Below, piece after piece: positions 57,826 through 64,000 of a DNA stretch of 64,000 bases; position 1 is the stretch's first letter; every line of letters begins with the position of its first letter. A model generated the notes under the pieces. That model saw nothing but the letters and a program-made list of their open reading frames with translations, did no database searches and was not told the origin of the DNA. The stretch is taken from the IMG/VR virus record IMGVR_UViG_3300018494_004239. The stretch is one strand, 5' to 3'. The translations under genes and the position numbers were made by a program. This DNA comes from an uncultured virus (IMG/VR IMGVR_UViG_3300018494_004239). Lineage: Duplodnaviria > Heunggongvirae > Uroviricota > Caudoviricetes.

Positions 57826-57906
57826 TATTTGGTTTAGAGTCCGATATTGCGGACTCCATATTTTTGTTTGTATTTAACTTAAAATTCGCAGTAATAAGTT
57901 AAGGTG

Positions 57907-58857
57907 TTAATTGTTTTTATTTGTTTCTTCTTCGACACAATTGAAAAATTCTTCAATTGTTTCAACAGACTGGTGGGGTTTTGCAAGTGTTGTTTTTTCC
58001 ATTTTTTCAATATGTTTTTTAAAATAATCGGTAGTTGTTTCGCCTTTATCTATAAGAATACAGTGTCTACCTTCTTCAATACACACTCTACCTGTTGTTC
58101 CGCTACCTGCAAAGAAATCCAAGACGGTTGACCCAGGATATGATAATGCTTTAACTAATCTCCTGATGACTGCTAAAGGTTTTTGGGTTGGATGTCCAAC
58201 TCTTTCTAACGAATTACCATTTAATCTACCTATTTCCCATACATTTGTTGGATTTTTGCCTTTTTTAACATTTTCAGGATTCAGTCTCTTATCTTTTAAG
58301 GCATTTTTTAAATCTTCTTCTGAATATTTTACTCTAACAGAATCTAAATCAAAGTAATATTTATCGGTTTTTACGAACCAAATAATTTCCTCATGACGGT
58401 TTGCAAAATATCTATGGGCAGACATTCCATTTTTGTAATACCAAACAATTGTGTTGACTAACTTCCATTTAGTATTGTGGCGACAATGATAGATAATTTC
58501 AGTTAAATCGCCGCTTCTTTCATCTCTAAATTGAGTGCCACCAAAAACAACTAAACTGCCTTCGTCTTTCAAAACTCTCCAACATTCATTTAACCATTCA
58601 GCACACCAACTCATATAATTATCATATGTATCCCAATCTGCCAAATCCAAATTATAAGGAGGGTCAATGCAAATTAATTGGATTGATTTATCTGGTAGTT
58701 CTTTTAATGCAGTCAAGCAATCTTGAATCATTAATAGTTGAATGCTTTTTTCGGGCATCTCAAAGTCCTTTGATGTCTTATGCTTGATGTTGTCCTTATT
58801 CATTTTATTTAAAGACATAAGTGCAGAATTGTTGTGAGATTTATTATGTATAGCCAT
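57907..58857 (-). CDS. DNA adenine methyltransferase, M.RsrI-like (beta class)
   Basis: IDPPYN..LADWD, NGMSA.R.FANRHEEI.WF, KDKRLNPE.V.KG.NPTNVW, RLNGNSLERVGHPTQKP and VLDFFAGSG match my recollection of M.RsrI (GAATTC). Confidence 0.85.
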   Translation of the reverse strand: MAIHNKSHNNSALMSLNKMNKDNIKHKTSKDFEMPEKSIQLLMIQDCLTALKELPDKSIQLICIDPPYNLDLADWDTYDNYMSWCAEWLNECWRVLKDEGSLVVFGGTQFRDERSGDLTEIIYHCRHNTKWKLVNTIVWYYKNGMSAHRYFANRHEEIIWFVKTDKYYFDLDSVRVKYSEEDLKNALKDKRLNPENVKKGKNPTNVWEIGRLNGNSLERVGHPTQKPLAVIRRLVKALSYPGSTVLDFFAGSGTTGRVCIEEGRHCILIDKGETTTDYFKKHIEKMEKTTLAKPHQSVETIEEFFNCVEEETNKNN

Positions 58858-58859
58858 AT

Positions 58860-61520
58860 TTATAGTACCTCCAATTTAATATGTTCAATGTGAGATAAAA
58901 AGTCTGTGCCAAATGTTTCTTTAATCTCTTCAGTGTGATTTCCTTCTGATAATTTTGTAAAAGCATCAATATGATTTTCAAACATGAAATCTGTGATTAA
59001 TATTTTGTTTATGAAAATGTTGCTTCTGTCGGTTTTGACGATATCAGCCGTTTCTAATAAAGTAACAAGAAATGGGACACGATGCTTGGCACCTTCTGAC
59101 GTCGGAACCTCAATTCCTTGTGTTTCACAATATTTTTTAACAGATAGACTTTCGATGAAAAATTGATAGCAATCAGATTTTGTGATATTCATTTTTCGAT
59201 TATCAAAATACAAGAAGCACAAAAGTTGTCTGATTGCATCAAAATTAAATATAATGTTAAGATATTGCTTTCTCGCTTCGTCATTATCATTGAGATATGT
59301 TTTAATGTTTTCTACAAAAATAGAAACTCCAACATTCATTTCCCAACTGTAATCCTTTGATTTGAGTTTAAATGACAAATCAGCACAATCAATGATGGGT
59401 TTTAGAATAGTAAATAATTGTTTGCCTAATTCCGTTAATTCTGGCATCTTAACATCTAAACCATTTTTTCTGTCATCAGTTATTAATCCCATTCCCATCA
59501 TACCTTGTAATTTATATTTTGTTTGTCTTTGAAATGTGGCTAAATTACTGTCATCACTAAAGTCGCCTCTCATACGAATGAATTTTTCATTCATATATCC
59601 AGAAGTATCTTTTTCGTACAGAGATTTTAAAATGTACATAATATGACCGATATGTAATCCTTGTGGATAATGATATCCATTTTCTGTTATCTCTCCGATT
59701 TTTGTTAAGAATTGAAACCAACTACCAAACACCGAAGCATATTTGCTGGTTTTATATTTACCATCGGTATTAATATCTTCCATTGTTGGTTTTCGACCAA
59801 TTTTAGTTTTTAAGTCGAAGTATGCATCTATTAAGTCATCTTCGTTAATATTGTGATTTTGTTCATCCTGATAATCGAGAATTTGCTGAACCTCGTCATC
59901 AAATTTGACAACACATTTGGGATTGTATTCATATTCGAATTTTTCAAATGCATTTGACCCTTGCTTTGTTTTTTCTTTGACATTTTTTGCTAAATACTGA
60001 CGAACAAAATTAGCACGTTTGTAATTACCAATAAAGTCGAGAATAACTATTTTATCTTTATTTGAAGATAGGCGAAGACCACGACCAATTTGTTGTAGGA
60101 ATACAGTTTTTGATTCGGTGGGTCTTAAAAATAATAGCGACTGCACATTCGGAATATCAACACCTTCATTAAACATATCTACCGTAAAAGCAACAGCGAA
60201 CTCATTATTTCTAAATTTCTTAATCAACTCTTTATTATTTTCTACTGAAGAAACAATAGCAACAGCAGAAATTCCGTGAGAATTGAAAAAGTCCGCCATT
60301 CTTTGAGCATGTTTAATTGATACGCAAAAACCAATGGTTTTGTTGCCATTGCACAGTTCAATATATTTATTAAGAATCATTTTATTTCTCTCGTTAATGA
60401 TTAAATGATTCTCCAAATCTTTACTATCGTATTTTACACCGTTCCAACGAATATTTGTATAGTCAATATTATCTTTTAGTCCATGATATTCATAACTTAC
60501 CAAAAAACCTTTTTCAATGGCATCATTTAGGGTATACTCACTTACCTTATGATAATCAAACAATTCTAATATATCTTTTTTATCTTTCCTATCAGGTGTT
60601 GCGGTTATACCAAGCAAAAATTCTGGTGTAAAATAATTTATAATTTTTTTATATGTTTTACTTTCACCATGATGAACTTCATCAACAACTATATAATTGA
60701 ATGATTTTGGGTTAAATTGTCGCAAGGTTTCGTCTTTACAAAGGGAGTCCTTGGATGCAAAGAGAATTTTGCAATCGTGCAAATTCTCGGATGTACCACC
60801 ACCCAAAAAACCCGTTTTTACATCTCCCCAAACATCTCTATATGCTTCCTTGGATTGAGATAGAATTTCTAATCTATGAACCACAAACAATATTTTTGCA
60901 TCTGGATTTTTGTTATTGTATTGAAGAGCGTCTAATGCCGATAAATATGTTTTACCTGTACCTGTTGGCATTATAACTAATCCTTTTCCCCAACCTAATG
61001 CACGTTTATTTTTTAATGCAACCAGAACTTCTTCTTGAATTGCATTTGGTTCAATTTTGGTTGGTGGAAGTAGTTCTGGTGCATAAACTTTTAGGGTTAG
61101 TCGTATTTCGCTCGCAACACGGCTTCTCCAAGATGGGTCTAATAGTTGTGCATAGGAATACCTTCTTAAAATCCAACCGTGAAATAAAATTTCATTTTGC
61201 CTAAACAAATTATCGTCAAATTGAGCAGATGGTATAATGCCTTCTTTATGGTAGGTTTCTCCATTGATTTCGAATGCAATTTTATGTCCTTCAGGTGTGA
61301 TAATACCGAAATCTATTCTTCTTGATTTTCCCTCACTATCAATAAAGGGATATTGTGGAATTACCATAGGCATTTTGTCTTCACCTAAAATCGCAAACAA
61401 AAAGTCTCTAACAAATATTTTTTCGCTGTCAGGTATAATCTCTTCTTTATATACTTCCAAGTATTCATCACAAGTAATCGTCTTGAAATTTTTCAGTTTG
61501 TTTATGTTAATTTCTGTCAT
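58860..61520 (-). CDS. Nuclease-SF2 helicase fusion (DUF559/Vsr-like N-terminus, DEVH helicase, endonuclease-associated repeat)
   Basis: QYPF.....RIDF......FEING..YH...RQN.....GW; MPTGTGKT, DEVHH, GITATP.R, VDMFNEGVDIP, LRPT.S...FLQQIGRGLR; IGRKPT...Y...FGSW. Confidence 0.85.
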   Translation of the reverse strand: MTEININKLKNFKTITCDEYLEVYKEEIIPDSEKIFVRDFLFAILGEDKMPMVIPQYPFIDSEGKSRRIDFGIITPEGHKIAFEINGETYHKEGIIPSAQFDDNLFRQNEILFHGWILRRYSYAQLLDPSWRSRVASEIRLTLKVYAPELLPPTKIEPNAIQEEVLVALKNKRALGWGKGLVIMPTGTGKTYLSALDALQYNNKNPDAKILFVVHRLEILSQSKEAYRDVWGDVKTGFLGGGTSENLHDCKILFASKDSLCKDETLRQFNPKSFNYIVVDEVHHGESKTYKKIINYFTPEFLLGITATPDRKDKKDILELFDYHKVSEYTLNDAIEKGFLVSYEYHGLKDNIDYTNIRWNGVKYDSKDLENHLIINERNKMILNKYIELCNGNKTIGFCVSIKHAQRMADFFNSHGISAVAIVSSVENNKELIKKFRNNEFAVAFTVDMFNEGVDIPNVQSLLFLRPTESKTVFLQQIGRGLRLSSNKDKIVILDFIGNYKRANFVRQYLAKNVKEKTKQGSNAFEKFEYEYNPKCVVKFDDEVQQILDYQDEQNHNINEDDLIDAYFDLKTKIGRKPTMEDINTDGKYKTSKYASVFGSWFQFLTKIGEITENGYHYPQGLHIGHIMYILKSLYEKDTSGYMNEKFIRMRGDFSDDSNLATFQRQTKYKLQGMMGMGLITDDRKNGLDVKMPELTELGKQLFTILKPIIDCADLSFKLKSKDYSWEMNVGVSIFVENIKTYLNDNDEARKQYLNIIFNFDAIRQLLCFLYFDNRKMNITKSDCYQFFIESLSVKKYCETQGIEVPTSEGAKHRVPFLVTLLETADIVKTDRSNIFINKILITDFMFENHIDAFTKLSEGNHTEEIKETFGTDFLSHIEHIKLEVL

Positions 61521-61800
61521 AAGTGCCTCCTCTATCGTTTTTATCAATACTTCTAAATGTCTCGATAACTGAAATGGCTGCATTCGTAACAATATAGCGA
61601 CCCATATAGTTACCATCTTGTTCGACATAACCTTCTTTTTTCAGTTCATTCATAATTTTGTTTAGCGTAGAGCGACTAATTCCAAGAGCGTCAGCCACCT
61701 CTTGTTGTGTGATACGGGCACGATTATCCTCACCTTTAATATCATAAAGATAAGAGAGTGTTCGAAAATTGTCATTTATAAAACATTTAATTTGCATCAC
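61507..61800 (-). CDS. Winged HTH transcriptional regulator
   Basis: ITQQEVADALGISRSTLNKIMNELKKEGYV; overlaps the helicase start. Confidence 0.85.
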   Translation of the reverse strand: MMQIKCFINDNFRTLSYLYDIKGEDNRARITQQEVADALGISRSTLNKIMNELKKEGYVEQDGNYMGRYIVTNAAISVIETFRSIDKNDRGGTYDRN

Positions 61801-62050
61801 AGATTCACCACCTTCTTAATTTTTGTATAAATTATTGCACATATTTGTTTTATATTATAGAAAAGCATACTGGAAAATATAAATTTTGACTGATTTATAT
61901 GTTTTTTTGATACAATAAGAATGACAGATTTGCTTTTAAAGTGCGGAGTGCTTTCTCCAACCTTGTGTAAAATTTTCAACAATAATATAGAATATATAAA
62001 CTTTTTCTGAAAAAGTCAAGTATTGAATGTGTTTTTTATAATTAAAAAAT

Positions 62051-62082
62051 AAAATCCCTCTCATTACGAGAGGGATTTTTTG
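62051..62082. terminator. Terminator hairpin inside the transposon right end
   Basis: AAAATCCCTCTC-ATTAC-GAGAGGGATTTT. Confidence 0.7.
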
Positions 62083-62108
62083 TTTTAGATTAAATGATTA
62101 TTTACATT

Positions 62109-62199
62109 TGTTTCGGAATAAGTTTCAAACCTACTTTTAGAGAACTTTCCTATGTTTCAGAATAAGTTTCTATGTTTCGGTTTAAGTTTCTATTTTACA
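62109..62199 (-). repeat. Transposon right end with closely packed TnsB-binding-like repeats
   Basis: TGTTTCGGAATAAGTTTC 62109-26, TGTTTCAGAATAAGTTTC 62153-70, TGTTTCGGTTTAAGTTTC 62173-90, degenerate copy near 62132-49; inverted relative to the left-end repeats. Confidence 0.88.
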
Positions 62200-62200
62200 A

Positions 62201-62647
62201 TTACATCATCTTGTTAACGGTGTCTGCTACGAGTTTGCCATCTGCTTTGCCCTTAACCTTTGGCATAAGGTTCTTCATAAGCAAACCACGAGACTTGTTA
62301 TCAAGAGTTTCGATGCCACACTCTGCCATCGTTTCCTTGATGACAACGACGATTTCATCTTCGGTCATCAAAGTTGGAAGGAATTGTGAATAGATTTCCA
62401 TTTCGAATTTTACCTTCTCAATGAATTCTCCACCTTTGCCTTCTGGCACAGAATCAATGCTGTCCTTGCACTGCTTGACCATCTTTGTGACTACGGCAAT
62501 CTCCTCGTCGTCCGTAAGTGGGTGACGGAGGTCGATTTCTTTCTTCTTAAGTTGGTCGTAAAGCATTGCATAGGCATCTTTCTTCTGCTTGTCGTGCGCC
62601 TTCATAGCGGCATACATATTCTGCTTTGCAGTTTCTTGAATGCTCAT
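62201..62647 (-). CDS. yqeY: GatB/YqeY domain protein
   Basis: AAMKA.DK, LTDDEEI.V..KMVKQ.KDS, E..I...FLP..MTE.EI and KGKADGK motifs. Confidence 0.92.
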   Translation of the reverse strand: MSIQETAKQNMYAAMKAHDKQKKDAYAMLYDQLKKKEIDLRHPLTDDEEIAVVTKMVKQCKDSIDSVPEGKGGEFIEKVKFEMEIYSQFLPTLMTEDEIVVVIKETMAECGIETLDNKSRGLLMKNLMPKVKGKADGKLVADTVNKMM

Positions 62648-62724
62648 TGGTATAACCTCCTTGTTTAGATTTCTCGTTTATTATATCATAAACAATTTGG
62701 TTTGTCAACTGGTTTTTTGCATTT

Positions 62725-63723
62725 TTATTGGGTGATTGGAGTTACAACAGTTGATGTATAGGCATATCTTGTTTGACCATTTTCTTCATATTCATAAACT
62801 AATCTAAAATATTTATTTATATTTTCATTTGATGTGCTATATGTGATGCTGAAGTTAACAACTTTTTTGTCGGGATTCTGTAACGAAGCAAAATCTCCTG
62901 CATCAATTCTGTCTTTTAATAAGATTTTTGATGCGGCGGTATTGATATTGAGCGCTCCATGATTTTCGCTATGATATATAATATATATTTTGTCAAAATC
63001 AACATTTATGCCTTCCTCTTTTACAAGCACCATGTCATATTTTGTATAGTAAAGTCCATTTTCTTTTCCAATATAGGAATTTTCTATAATTGAAATATTT
63101 GGTATTTTAGTATCCGAAGATAAATCAATCCATTCATTTAGAGAAGTTTTTGTATGTGAATAATTGATATTGGAAGGTAATAAATCAGATAAAGTGGAAG
63201 TGTCGATATTCTTTTCTGCAACAAGTGTATAACCCGTTACAGTATTGTACCAATAAGTCATGTCGCTTTGCTTTGGTTCGAAAGTGGAAGAACTGGTCTT
63301 CATATAATTCTGCATAACTGCTTTTGCGGTTTCATGGTTTTGTGCATACTTATTATCAATATCGATGCGAATGCCGTTGAAACCTGCCAAACTTTCGAGT
63401 TTTTCAATATCAGCACGGGTTACTGCTTTGGTAACATTATATACTCTGCCTTGTGCGGCATCCATATTATCAGGAACTCCATCACCGTCTCCATCTTTGA
63501 TTGCACCAGATGCGATATCCTGCTTATATAATTCGTATTCGCTTACAAACCTTTCCATCGCATTCGTCATTTCACTGGCATTGGTGTTATCCGCAGATAC
63601 ATTTGCTCTGTCGATAAGTCCAGCAACGGAAGGAATAGCAATTGCCGCCAACACAGCAAGAATTCCGATTACCACAAGTAACTCGATAAGTGTAAAACCT
63701 TTTCGGGAAGTTAAAATTTTCAT
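62725..63723 (-). CDS. Type IV pilin/pseudopilin-like protein
   Basis: Prepilin cleavage/methylation motif KGFTLIELLVVIGILAVLAAIAIP. Confidence 0.88.
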   Translation of the reverse strand: MKILTSRKGFTLIELLVVIGILAVLAAIAIPSVAGLIDRANVSADNTNASEMTNAMERFVSEYELYKQDIASGAIKDGDGDGVPDNMDAAQGRVYNVTKAVTRADIEKLESLAGFNGIRIDIDNKYAQNHETAKAVMQNYMKTSSSTFEPKQSDMTYWYNTVTGYTLVAEKNIDTSTLSDLLPSNINYSHTKTSLNEWIDLSSDTKIPNISIIENSYIGKENGLYYTKYDMVLVKEEGINVDFDKIYIIYHSENHGALNINTAASKILLKDRIDAGDFASLQNPDKKVVNFSITYSTSNENINKYFRLVYEYEENGQTRYAYTSTVVTPITQ

Positions 63724-63820
63724 AAAAAATCATCCTTTCATTTATGTTAAACATAGCATAGATGATTTTTTTTTCTTGTCAAAGATATTTACAAATAATT
63801 ATTTTTCCGCCCACCCTTCT

Positions 63821-64000
63821 CCCCAAAACCCCCTCAAAAAGAAAAAACTCTTTCCCAACCCCCTTAAAAAAAGAAGAATTATTCTCCTTAAACTTCTTAA
63901 AAAGAAACACTGTTCTCCATAAACCCCTTTGGGGAAGAAAAACTATTTCCCCAAACCCCCTCAAAAAAGAAACACTGTTCTCCATAAAACCCTTTTGGGG
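63821..64000. repeat. Degenerate tandem repeat, unit about 32 bp, running off the window edge
   Basis: At least five units of the form CC(C/A)(C/T)AAACCCC..AAAAAGAAA.ACT.TT(C/T)T; AAAAGAAACACTGTTCTCCATAAA occurs twice exactly. Confidence 0.75.

Larger units (their letters stand above)
49805..62199 (-). mobile_element. Complete Tn7-like transposon (TnsB, TnsC, TniQ/TnsD-like, cargo) inserted at the yqeY stop codon
   Basis: Begins TGT (49805), ends ACA (62199); ATTAC flanks both sides (49800-04, 62200-04); inverted arrays of 18-bp repeats at both ends; tnsB-tnsC-tniQ operon inside. Confidence 0.92.

Noticed and set aside
62109..62190. Short direct repeats as a possible CRISPR array
   Set aside because: 18-bp units with gaps as short as 2 bp, inverted copies 12 kb away, and no cas genes; they fit TnsB-binding sites.
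63821..64000. CRISPR array
   Set aside because: Units are contiguous and degenerate, with no unique spacers.
1..64000. Alternative genetic code (stop-codon reassignment)
   Set aside because: Known genes are full length in code 11; only one suspicious internal stop (TAA 1623) was seen.

Overview
AT-rich window from a Firmicutes/Clostridia-type replicon, built of short operons on both strands. More than 20 of them carry near-consensus TTGACA-N17-TATAAT promoters, and many end in intrinsic terminators. There are no ribosomal, replication or virion genes. The content mixes phage/MGE-typical proteins (PcfJ-like, ASCH, GIY-YIG, MGCDIH and FVTNSSSSSF families, four DNA methyltransferases, viroplasmin-RNase H, tRNA-Ile2) with auxiliary metabolic and surface genes (metK, coaD, galE, flotillin, M4 protease, CDF, MgtC, pilin-like). 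I infer a large mobile replicon (jumbo phage or megaplasmid), but the window alone cannot prove this. Two systems stand out. (1) A dispersed three-operon NAD regulon (NDT + NrtR; NADAR-PncA fusion + Prs-like; NAMPT-fold PRTase + NadE) is tied together by a shared 27-bp palindromic operator. Its NAMPT-fold enzyme has Ala at the nicotinamide-specifying Asp position and no NadD is present, which suggests a deamidated NAD-reconstitution route. (2) A complete 12.4-kb Tn7-like transposon (49805-62199) has TGT..ACA ends, TnsB-site arrays and a 5-bp ATTAC target duplication, and sits at the stop codon of yqeY. It encodes TnsB, TnsC and a TniQ fused to zinc-finger and helicase-associated repeats, but no TnsA. 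It also carries a candidate sRNA and an HTH / nuclease-helicase / M.RsrI-like methylase module. All family calls come from motif recognition by eye, not database searches.
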